From: Trichoplax sp. H2 | Lineage: Eukaryota | Assembly: GCA_003344405.1 (NCBI GenBank) | Contig: NOWV01000003.1 | Location: 1,426,001-1,490,000 of the forward strand | Length of the DNA stretch: 64,000 bases | Reading direction: 5' to 3' | Shown here: positions 27,401 through 39,300 of the stretch, in pieces | How the letters are laid out: each line of letters opens with the position of its first letter | How positions within the stretch are numbered: position 1 is the stretch's first letter | The notes under the pieces: model-generated | Seen by the model: only the letters and a program-made list of their open reading frames with translations | What the model was told of the DNA's origin: nothing | Database searches by the model: none | Program-made: the position numbers and the translations under genes

Positions 27401-29235
27401 TTCTTTTTGAATTCAACTAGCGAGCACTATGAGCAATACTGTTTATCAAGAAGGTCCTATTCTACTGTCGCAGCCGATCGATGAGCTCTATCCTAGACAT
27501 TTGATCGTCTTAAGACAAGAAATTGTTGTATTGACTACTGCATGGACATAGCCTGCATGATGAAGCACTAGGAGAAGAAAGGATTGCCAGCATCATTTTA
27601 GCCTTTTGGATTGCATCAGTAGTTCAAACTGGAGATGATTGAATGATCTGAATTGTAGTTGGCTCCCTTACCTTACTGGATTTCTGAATAATGTTATTAC
27701 TCCAGCAGCAGATAGCATCTTGATGAGTTAAGTTGGCAATCTTGTTTGAAAGGTAAGAATGACTGGTAGGAAGATGCGAGCCAAAGCAATTTTGCGCTTG
27801 GGAGATGAGAGTTTTAAAAGGTAAACAGTCTAGTACTGTACACTCACACATGTACTGTAACATGAGGGAGCATTGCAGCTCTACACTGAGCTCGTTTCGA
27901 CTTGACCATTATGATACCGTACAGCAATGCGTTACTACTGTACTATACAGTACTGTAGACCGCGCTAGCTTACAGTACATACTGGACAGTACTGTACACA
28001 CTGTACTGTACTATACTAGTACCACCCCAACATGAGGGAGCATTACAGCTTTACGCTCAGCTTTTTTCGACTTGACCACCATGATACCATACAGCAATGC
28101 GGTAGTACCGTACTCTATACAGTACAGTATAGCACAGTCTACTGTACAGTACTGTACACTGTACTGTACAGTAGACCGCACCAGCTTACAGTACATACTG
28201 GACAGTACTGTACACACTGTACTGTACACTGTAGCGAACTGTACTGTACCACCCCAGCGATACTTTTGCCAAAATTTTGTACACCAATGGAGAATGAACG
28301 ACAGTTGACTTTTCTTTTGCCTGTATAGTTCCCAAGAAATTCTAATCCTACGCAATCAAGTTCAATAGCGTACAACGATAAGTTTAATCGGCCTCTCTTG
28401 ATTTTGCCACTACTATCGTTAGGATACAGTCTATCACAATTGTCCTAAAATTGATTCATACAACTTGTGACATGGATAAACTCTGGGGTAGCAAGTCTTG
28501 CAGAATGATGTGTGAGCATATGGATTACAAATGGACTTTAGATGATTCCATTTCACTATCGGTAACTTCGTCCAATGAAGTTTTGCGATTTGCAAGTCTA
28601 CTGTGCACTCGCAGCACTAGTGTACTTGAAGTCAAACTCTTTTTTGAGCAGTTAGTCAGCAATGCAGCGGCATTGGAAAAGGATTGTACTGCACTTTATT
28701 AGAGCTTGATTGGACTCCATTTTATTGGCAGGTCACGTTTGAAACGTATCCACTTCCCGCTTCCTGTGCATTATCGCCACGTGACTGATGTGAGACCGTT
28801 CTATCGCTAGACCATACTGTACCGTCATTCAATATGAGCTTGAATGTACAGTACAGTACTGTACAGTACTCTACAGTGTACAGTCTACAAGACTGTACTG
28901 TATGGTATCAAGCACTACCGTACTGGTCGAGATTTTGCCTCACTCTACAGTACTGTCTGTTTTTACTGTCCATCCGTGCTTCGTGGAGTTTATATACTGT
29001 ACACTTTGGTATACTGGACGCGCACGATTTGGCTGACGGGGGGGAAACTTTCTTAACCAAAGTGAATTAACTTCCCCGACCACCCCAACCCCACCTGGGT
29101 GGTTGGCAATGGTACAGTATACCTATGTATGTAGGACCATATTGACCAGGGATGAATCAACTGCGGCAAGCTGATCGTTTCGATGGCATTCTCTAGCAGA
29201 CGTTGACAATTTTTGCTGCAAAACCCTACTGTCAT
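24459..29235 (-). CDS. TFAM: Tandem HMG-box protein, mitochondrial transcription factor A-like (about 261 aa)
   Basis: Minus-strand exons 26228-26308, 25914-25978, 25451-25515, 25015-25170, 24838-24936, 24690-24746, 24459-24608 join in phase: PKKPKRARNSYLMYMTDRW...IREFTEESSSNWRNMSEEEKEEY (HMG1), helical linker, LKKLGFPAKNSFSPLAAYIKENF...SPQDWLKELSSNYRNLDSESKERY (HMG2), basic tail MKRRPVAKKLLK*. First exon 29123-29235 (phase 2, AG/gtatac) is tentative. Confidence 0.78.
26603..26900 (+). pseudogene. Possible decayed class-A GPCR fragment (TM1 end to ICL2), antisense within the putative TFAM intron 1
   Basis: AVLLLQNRIYKSIRVMIIMSDL (ICL1/TM2-like) ... YLFVTEAFIHSFIIITIE, then after removing 2 nt RFSVENNP, giving an E-R-F motif with Pro at +8; many stops. 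Confidence 0.35.
27859..28256. repeat. Diverged tandem duplication (about 170 and 225 bp) with expanding CAGTA/TACTG tracts
   Basis: aacatgagggagcatt...ttcgacttgacca...gcttacagtacatactggacagtactgtacacactgtactgtac...gtaccacccca occurs twice; the second copy has extra pentamer units. Confidence 0.88.
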
Positions 29236-29280
29236 CGTGTAAAATGATACAATGAGCACGATAGAGGAGTAAAGCTCACC

Positions 29281-29401
29281 GCTATGAAAATGCTATGATC
29301 ATCATTACTGTTGGTGCCTTGCTATGAAAATGCTATGATCATCATTATTGTTGGTGCCTGATCAAGGCACCAACAATAATGATGATCATAGCATTTTCAT
29401 A
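29281..29401. repeat. Two direct 40-bp units followed by an inverted unit (perfect 37-bp stem, 5-nt loop)
   Basis: gctatgaaaatgctatgatcatcatta(c/t)tgttggtgcct at 29281 and 29321; exact reverse complement of 29323-29359 at 29365-29401. Confidence 0.95.
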
Positions 29402-30087
29402 TACTGCCCAATGCCCGTAATCGTCCACGATCGCAATCATGCTGTACAATAAGTGTACATACTGTACTCTACTCTACTCTACACTGAGCGGACCGATTAT
29501 GGTGATCAACATCGACTAGCCGCTTGCCTACCACCGGCTACGTTTATATATATACACCACTCCCTAACTACCGTTCTGGAAAGTGAGTAAAACACAACAC
29601 GACAAAACTGGTGCATTTTAGAGTGTGCATTGTAAGCAGGACTAGAAAAAATAGTCTAGCCATTTCTTAAATGTCATGGATTGACTGTCCATACCAATCA
29701 GGCCAATACATGGTGATTGGTAGAAACAATACTAGTAACAGCTGTTGAAAAGCAACTTTAGCGTCAAGTTGAACAATATCATAGACTGAATTTGTATCAG
29801 GTTTAGCTTTGGCCAAATGGACAAGTCTAATTAATGCTATTTTCATAATAATGGCAAGAAGAAGAATCATATTGACAAGATCGAGTAAGTCGAGCAAACG
29901 GGCCCGTCGCGTTGGTAACGCTTTCACTTGCATACAATACTCCCCTATCGACCAAAGTGATCGCCATGCAAATAAGCTTTTGACCTGAAACTCCAGTCGT
30001 TGTTGAGGCTGTCTACAGCGCAGAATCCGGTATTGACGTCTATTGACACGGCGGACGTTGAGCGTCCCTTTTAGCGTCACTTTGACA

Positions 30088-30185
30088 TTCCCGCCATCTG
30101 GCCAATGATCATCATGATCGTCATTGACTATTAGCCTACTCTAATCATTGACTGACTCAGTTGGCGCGTAGTATCGCTTTTCAAA
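30088..30185 (+). promoter_or_regulatory. Candidate cell-cycle promoter of the Rb-like gene (E2F-like sites, CCAAT, CHR-like element)
   Basis: TTCCCGCC 30088-30095, CCAAT 30102-30106, TTGGCGCG 30161-30168, TTTGAA on the minus strand 30180-30185, all 170-270 bp upstream of the ATG at 30353. Confidence 0.45.
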
Positions 30186-30352
30186 GTTAAAGGTCTGTTA
30201 AAAAAGACAAAAAAAAAAAAAAATAGAATAACAATTCAAGCCCTCCCCAATATTCAAGTATATTGATTAAAGGAATCGTGGCGATTGATTGGATATCGAC
30301 GATCGAAATTTCCATTGCTGATTCAATCCAGGACTTGTTGAATGAAATCATC

Positions 30353-33300
30353 ATGACTTTCCATGGAAAAAATCCACCCGATGATCGACCAATTCGATCG
30401 GAATACGATGAGTTATGCCTAAGTTTGAATATGGATAAAGATACTGCACAAACTGCATGGCAACGTTATCAAGATATCAAATTAAAATTTACGTTAGAGG
30501 TAAAACAATTTTTTATTTTTTTGGAGGGGTGGGGGGGAAATCATTGGGCCCCATTGTACATTATCTTGATTCATCATCGCCTATTCAATCCTATCACCAT
30601 GTCCAACTTAACATTGGATACGAGCCTGCCATGTCGTCGTCGATGGCAATAGAGGACTTGTTAGCGGTCATCATGTCCTTATGAAAACGATCGCCAGGTC
30701 GAGTCAACAAGCTAAACGCCACGGTAAAAATCAAATGCATGCGACCGATAGTCAATCCAAATGGAGATACGTCCTATGTTGGCTTGAAAGCGCTAAAACA
30801 GTTGTAAACCTTTCTCCTACCTTTGTCGATCTCATGTTTAATCACCATTTTCCTTTGTCTTTATCATCATTTCTACCCAACAATACTCCTATCCTGATGG
30901 AGCTAGCGCTTTTTCAACTTGCTCCACTGTAGTAATCTTTCTTAATTCATTTGAAAATGAGTATTCATCCAAGAGACATTGCCAACGAGCATGGAAACAA
31001 CATCGTTGGCACGATACAGTAGTAGAAAATCACTACAAATGATCAATCAGGCTTTACCAGTTTTTTTTTTACTCGCATAACCTATCGTATTGTAGGTTTC
31101 CTTCCTTACTATTGTTAAGATAGGATAAACGCCATCGTCGTCATGATAGACATCATTCGTTCTGTGCTCTAAATAATGGTAGAATGACGACCATGGCCAT
31201 AACATAACATGTAGTGTAGGATAGTACGAAGAGGCAATGGAGTAGAGTAGAAATTCAGGACTCAGCTAATCAAATCAATTTGATATTATCTCTTTCTGTA
31301 TTGCAGTAGAACTATTTTCAATACATCTTGATCATGATATTCTAATCTTCACTCCTTTTGAACATTTGAACTCGCTAGCATAACCTCGACGTCGTAATAG
31401 TCTGAGTACATTACCTTATACTTTTTTCCCAATTGTACACTTGAAATACTGTACCAATCTTTTCGACTAGATAATAGATACCGACAACCAAATTATAATT
31501 TATACTTAATCCTCGCTACAACCACTTCCAAGATGATGATAATCACGCTGATACCATGTCCTTGTACTTTTCCTATTGTCCATTTTGATTTGACACATGG
31601 ATAATCATCAATAACAATTTAATGTGCTGTACAGTACATAACTTACGCTTCAATCCATGTTTTCGCCAACAACCATCATATATATTGCTAACCGATGTAC
31701 TGTATCTTTCTACACTAAGAGATTCATGCATGATTATCCTTTGCCATAAATGTACAGTAGTATTGCCTGTAGAGATCCGTTATCAATCAGACTATGTTCC
31801 ATTTGTATTTCCAACATCGTATGAGAATTGCAGTATACGAGCAGTTTGCCTTAGGCGACGATAATTTATTTAACGCAAGCTTTGCCCAACTGACTTGTTT
31901 GAATATCCGATCGGAAGAAAAAAGAGAATAGCATCGATGATGCCATCTCTCTACTTGAAACTTTGTACATACGAATATCGTATATAGACTTGCTAAACTC
32001 TGCAATCTCTCTTAATCCATACAGCAGTAATGAACGATCAGACATTTTATTTCCTTGGCAATTTTTATATTAAATATTTATTTAGACCATAGTACTGCAA
32101 TACTAATACATTTTGTATTGCCACGTATATACTGTAAGTATACTCTAGAAAATATAGTACGCCATAGAGGTGATCAGACCATATTACATTGATATTTTGA
32201 ACGTATTAAACTATAGACGAACTATACTATATATATTTTAGTAGATACCGATGTCACACGAGTATGAACAGTATTTCGGTAAACTATCTTTATTAATTTC
32301 ACTTTAACATCTTTCACGGTAGAATTGCAACATAATGAACTCCGTAGTTTAGCCCTAGTACTAGAACTGCTCGTATGTAAATAATTATTGTGAGGTTATA
32401 TAGCCTAACCAGTTCCTTTGCATTTTTCCGATATTATCCACACATCGTTAATACTAGAACTACTCGTATGTAAATAATTACTGTGAGGTTATATAGCCTA
32501 ACCAGTTCCTTTGCATTTTTCTGATATTATCCACACATCGTTAATACTAAAACTACTCGTATTTATTAAATAATTATTGTGAGGTTATATAACCTAACCA
32601 GTTCCTTTGCATTTTTCTGATATTATCCACACATTGGCATGTACCTTTACAGTACAGTATATTAGGTTTATTAACCAATTCATGGGTTTTACATTACTGC
32701 CCTTTTAATATGGATTGCGATATAATGATATTATCTCTCTACTTAAACATACGTTCATAGGGTACAATAGAATATGCTAGCAAAGAAAATAACAACTCTT
32801 ACTATGTCTACGTTGATTACTGAGTAGATTGAGCAAGCATAACATCTTGCATTGAATCACCATTACTGAAGATTTCCGTACGGAAATAGATCGGCAAGAA
32901 AAATATTCACTTTAGCGTTAAATGTGTAATAGTAATGCAGTACGATCAGACTTGAGATTTAAAAGTATGACTGAAAAAGAATCTCAACTACATCAATCAT
33001 CTATCTGCTAATTTTTTCGTTTTGGATTGATAGACCTACAAATTTAATCTACTTTAATAGTAAGCAAATTGACTGTCATGTTACAACCTAGGGCAAATAG
33101 ACCGACAAATTTAATCTACATTAATAGTAAGCAATTTTACTGTCATGTTACAACCTAGGGCAATCATCTTCACTGGTTAACCTGCGCGCTATTTGTTGCT
33201 GGCAAGCAATCACGATTACCAACTGTAGGAGAAGGAATCCAAGTGGGTAACTGTATTTCTCTCAGTCGTCTTATTAAAGCAGCTAATCTAAGGTTTGTCA

Positions 33301-36300
33301 ATAAAAAAAATTGAGTTCATTTGCATTTTACTTTTCTTTGCTACAATATGAGTAACGTTAATATAGTATAATTCTTATCATAATTGCCATGTTCTTTTAT
33401 ATTTTAATCCATCATCAGCTTAATTGAATTCTTCAATAAAATCGATAAATGGATCGATATGGCTTGCTTAGATGAGGATTTTCGGGGTCAAATAAATGTT
33501 ATTGAAAGAAACTTCGAAGTCGTTAGTGTCATCTATAAGAATAAATTCGAACCCATCTTTCAACATTTATTCCAATCTAATGTAAATGACAGCGTGCCAC
33601 GACGCAAATTAAGGTAATATGTGGTATTTTTTGCAAATTACTTGTCAACAGATTCAAAAATTAAAATAATGATCAATACGTAGATATTAACACTAATCTG
33701 GTCTTGCAGTCGTATCTTTTAGATTTATTAATAATAAATCCGCACATCGTAGGAATATTTTATTGTCAATTAATTGTAGATGGATAATCCAGAAATCGTT
33801 ATTTTGCAACAGCATTATAAGTATTGAGTTACAAATACATTAGTTGAAATGAATAGTGAAATATAGGTCCGAAAAATCTGTACTACAGGTTCTCTAATAA
33901 ATGACATATCATCCCTCTGCTTACTGGATACAGTACAGTCTTGGTCTTAGTATAAACTGCGAATTTTAAATTTTAGTATGCTGTAATAGGAGCATAGAAG
34001 ATTAGCCCTGGATACGGTAGCATCATTATCAAATGATACACCTTATTTAATCTATTACATGTTTTAACAATTTGTTTGTCTATAATGCCATACGGTTAAC
34101 TTGTTAGCGCAATGACTACGTTAAAGATATTGAAGAATCTATAGGACACTTTAATGTTGCTGTATACAAGGGATGGCCTAACAACAATAGTTTGCTCTTC
34201 TTATGACTGCATTTGGCAGTAGAAACCTCTATAATCATATACTCTTTGAAAGACACATTTAGTATACTGTTCCGTATATTTAAAAGTATAAAAAAGAGGC
34301 AATGTTGACGAAACTTTATATTGCCTTTGACCAGAATATCCTTACAATCATTCCGTTCTATTCCTTAATGACATTAAGAGTTTCGAATAATCCTATTCAG
34401 CATGGAAACATCAGAGGGTAGTCATTATTATTTAATAGAAATGATTACCAACAAACAAGATATTACAGTATACACGTGTTATCGATGCATTATTAAATTA
34501 ATAGAAATAAATTGACTAATGATATTGAATACAAATAAGTAATTATTTTATAGCTATGTAGCTACTACAGTAACCTATGTGTATATTTTTATAGCAGTTA
34601 TTATACAACTACAGAACTGTAAACTATGCTACAAATGTTATGCTGTGCACTAAATAAAAATTGTAAAACTTAATCTCAACGCTATTACATAATCACACGT
34701 TATACAACATTATTATTCACTGAATTGTGGTGCGTTAAGTGTATTATGTCTACATGGAGTTCTGTCTTATGCCAAATCTAGACTATCATGTTTATCATCG
34801 ATAAAAATGACTTATATGTTCTCTAATGTCTGGCTTATAGACACTCAAAAATATGTACTTATCAACAAGTTTTTAGCTACTGCTGGAGCTTATATCTCTT
34901 GATTAAAGGTACAAGCATTTATTGAATTTTACTAGAGTTTGATTTTTAGTTATTTTGTTTGTGTATGTTATTATTTATCTTTTATAATCTTTATAGGAAA
35001 ATATCCTGACATCAGGACTGATCTGGTTAATTCGTATCATCTCCTACTATGCTGTATTGATCTTATTTATGCTAATATCGTTGTTGCAAACAGAAGGGAC
35101 CTCTTAAATCCTCAATTAGAATCGGGTCCGGAGCTTTAATATTGCTAAATTATCTTATGTCTTTATGATGTACTATAACAATAACAATGAACTTTTCTAA
35201 ATTACTATTGATTCATTCAGACGCTTTAGTAGAAAGCGAAAGCAATTCCAGTCCAGTATCAGTTATCGAATATTTATGCAAACGTTATGAAGGTATCTAT
35301 AACAACCATATTTATAAATTAGATAAAACTTCAAGATTACTAATAAATCTTAATATATAACATCTACTCTGCTATTCAACAGGTATATCTATAGAAGTTA
35401 AAGCAATCAAGCAACATCTTCTCTGGCTTTATCTAGAAAATTTATTTGATAAAAATGTAATACCTTCTTTTTTGTGAAAGAGCAAAAATTACGTAGTTTA
35501 AATAATTGATCCGATATCGACTTGTTAATTTAATTTCTAATTGAAGCGATGCTTGATTTTGACGCCAGTACTAGAATTATAGAAAATATTGTAATATTCT
35601 ATATTTAATGAACCAAGAATATTTGCTAAAAATGGTTATCCTAATATTTTTCAATTTAATTATATTAGCATCTTAGAGGCAATAAGAAAACATTTTGCGG
35701 TCTGCTCGATCAAGGCAATTTCGATTATAATAAGTAAGCAATTCCTTATGAAAAATCTAATAGCTATCAAATTGTAACTAACTTAATGTTTAATATTTGT
35801 AATCAATAGCAAATTTGTATCAAATTCCTATGATGAATTTGTCTTATCCAGTGGTGACTTTGATGAGAGGATCTTTCTTGGGAGTAATGCTTACCTAGAT
35901 ATTGGTACGCCAGCGAAACTGCCGAAGGCGGCTCATACTACAGCAGAAGCAAGGCAAAATGTTACTAGAAATTTACAGGATCGATTTCAAAATAGTACAA
36001 TGATTCCACAAACACCGTTAACTGGCCGTAACTTCCTTAATCAAAAAGAAGAACGGTAGGCATAACTTACTCTCTGAAGAAATTACTTCCGTATCATGTA
36101 CGTACAAAATTCTAACAAATTGTGCTACTTATTCAAAAATGATTAGAACTCCTGTTTCCTCGGCAACACTTTCTGTTGGTCGTTTACAAGCTCTATTAGC
36201 TAAGTGGACTGTTTCACCTTCTAATAAGTTGTTGGCTATATTTGGGTAAGAATCACACTGGTACTAATATACGATATAAAGTGAAGATCTTTAACTTCAA

Positions 36301-39300
36301 GCATCAATTTTAACTAAATCATAATCGATATCAACATTTCTTAATCGTATAGGGACTGTTCGAACGATCTTCTGGATATCATTCAATCTCGCATTAATGA
36401 ATTAAAGGAAACTTTTTATGACAGTTATACAAAGGTAGCACCAGAATTGTTCATTGCCGAGATAATTTATCCTTTATCCCAGTTTGTACAAGATCCCATA
36501 CTCAAACATGTAATGTTATTAACGTTCATAGATTGACGATGAAAGATCAAAATCACCGATCGATTTTGCCGAAAATAGGTGGAATCTCGGGATAAAGCTA
36601 TATTATAAGGTGATTTGAAGGTTTATTAAAACTTATCGACATCATACGTATATGAGTAAATTAAAATGGCCATTTATAAATTGTATTTATTTTTCATCTC
36701 CTCCATGCTATTACATTGCATTGTCAGATTTTGATAGCTAATGTAAAATAAGCTCTAAAGAAATTAACTGTAACTTAATTCTCCCTAAGTGGTAGTGTTT
36801 CGTTATTTTTATACTTCTTTGCAATAATTTGTCATATTCCATAACTTATTAATGAATGAGTGTGCCCGTTTCTAAATACAATGTATAAAGCGCTTTTGCT
36901 ATCAAAAACTGATGTAAGCTCATACAATTATACGTTGCATGTCCGCTACAATTATCAACCTGAATAAGGTGACTTGTTGCTAGTCTTATGACTACTTCTA
37001 TTCCTAATATTGCCTTTTCTCAAATAGACTCTTGAAAGTATTATCTTGGCCGAAAAAAGGCGTAACAAAACTTCTGGAGAACTGAAAGTAATACATTTAT
37101 TTACTTATTTATTTAAATTAATCCTTCGAATAATGAATATTGGTTACTGATCCGAATTTAAACTGCCAATCGATGAGTCTGATCCAATTGGCCTTATACT
37201 CATTTATTGATTTATTCTAATAGATCTTACTTGAAAAAGATGTTTTTCATCGATCTTTATTGGCGTGTTGTTTGGAAATCACAATTTTCTCATATGGATC
37301 ACAAAAGACCTTTCCATGGATCGTTCAAGTTTTCGGTCTTTCACATTATTACTTTTATAAGGTAGATAAATATTAAATGAATTATAATAAAGCAATAAAC
37401 GTGAAACTGGTGAACATTATGAATGACATCTATATTTGTTATAAAAGGTAATCGAAATTGTTATACGAACAGAACATGGATTGCCTCGTGAAGTCGTTAA
37501 ACATTTAAATTACGTACGTTTATCCATTTCTTACAGTAAATGACATTATCATGATTTAAGCATTATTCAACAAAATAAATGAATTATTTATATAGATTGA
37601 AGAGAGTATTTTAGACCACTTAGCCTGGGTATCAGGTTCTCCATTATTTACAGCATCCGATAATGGTTTAATTGCTATTCCATCTTATGAAGAGGTCTGT
37701 ATCACTAATTTTCTTCGTTGCTATATGTTATATTTAAATATAGTACTGGTCATTATACCTGATAAAAAATTCACTTACTAAATTACTTATTAATTTTTCA
37801 TTGAATAGGTTTGTATTCCTTCTAATGAAGAAGGACATTCCAACAAACCAGCAATAACAAATATTGTACATCCACAAATGCGTAGATTAAATCCTGCTTT
37901 AGCTGGTAAAGTATAGTGTAAATAACTGATAACAGATGTACGCGGTATTTGTTTTAATTTGTCATGTAATGTATTAGGGCCAATAGAGTCGAAAGGATTC
38001 CCTGTTGCGGAAAGATACAGTTCCCCTATGAAAAAGAGCATAGAAGCAAGAAGTATTACCGATGCTAAGGACACTTCGAAGCCAAAACGAACGGGTTCTT
38101 TGGGATTATTTTTTAGAAAGGTAGATTGCCATTATGTAAATAATATTACCAGATAACTTTCTTTAGTAAAATAAAATATTAACATTTTACATGCAAACTT
38201 TCTCGATATTAGTTTTATTACTTAGCGAGTGTAAGACTGAAAGATCTATGTCGTTCGTTACACCTAGGCGAAGATTTAACATCCAAGTTAGTGACTTTCC
38301 TAAACAAAAATGATAGTACTACTACGCTAACCATTATATTCTTGTAAATGTCACACTTTCAGAATCTGGACATGTTTTGAATATTCAGTTATGCACTGTC
38401 ACGAATTAATAATTGATCGACATCTAGATCAGTTGCTAATGTGTGCCATCTATGTCATTTGCAAGGTATTAGAACTATATGATATGATTTCGGTCCCTAA
38501 TGTTAAACCCTGATTTTCATTTTTCCTGTAATGTTTATTCTGTTTCATCCTGAAAGGTTTCAAGGAAAAATATAAAATTCTTGGAAATCAAAGATTGCTA
38601 CAATCGTCAACCACAAGCTAAAAAACATGTAAGGAAACCTTTCATTATCGTGTCAACACAAATTCAGCCGCCCATCTTCGACATAATTACATTTTATCTC
38701 TTTAATTTATTGCCTAGCTTTATCGCAATGTATTAGTGAGAAAACGTAAAGGGAAAAGTGATAACAAATCGGTTGAGAGTAGTAGAAATTCAAGTCCTGT
38801 TAGCCCACCAATTATTATATCTGGGTCAACGACCACTTACCAAGAGCAGAACGAAACTGCTATGCGAAGTTCCAGTACACTATCGCAAACGCCAACCCCA
38901 TCTTGTTCTGATGTTGACGTTGAAAATGGCGAATTAGAAGACGTTCGTGGAGACTTAGTTCAATTCTATAACGAGGTGTATCTTGATGCAATGAAAGAAT
39001 TTGTGCTACGATTTTTACCGGAGAACGGAAATGTAAGATGATATCATCATTTCTATAGTATCCCTTGCTTAAAGGCATTAAATCTGTTCTTACCAGTTAT
39101 CTCTACATTACAAACTAGTGTCTTCCAAGTTTATCACCTTTGCCAGCAAGTAGAAGCCCGATAACATCACCGAGAAAGGTCACCCAGATCAATTTTGGTG
39201 CTATGAGTAGATTAATATCTAAATTATCTAGAATTAAAATGTTTTATTGCATTACATTTTAGTCACAAGTATCAGGGCGACATTCAGTCTTTGTATCTAT

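Noticed and set aside
27805..29070. Overlapping YSTVQ/CTVLY ORFs
   Set aside because: Same microsatellite artefact plus a local duplication.
29667..30080. 137-aa minus-strand ORF between TFAM-like and RBL
   Set aside because: Non-ATG start, no recognisable domain, and it lies in a GC-richer promoter region where chance ORFs are longer.
32359..32635. Regularly spaced repeats resembling a CRISPR array
   Set aside because: Units are contiguous with no unique spacers, there are no cas genes, and the context is a eukaryotic intron.
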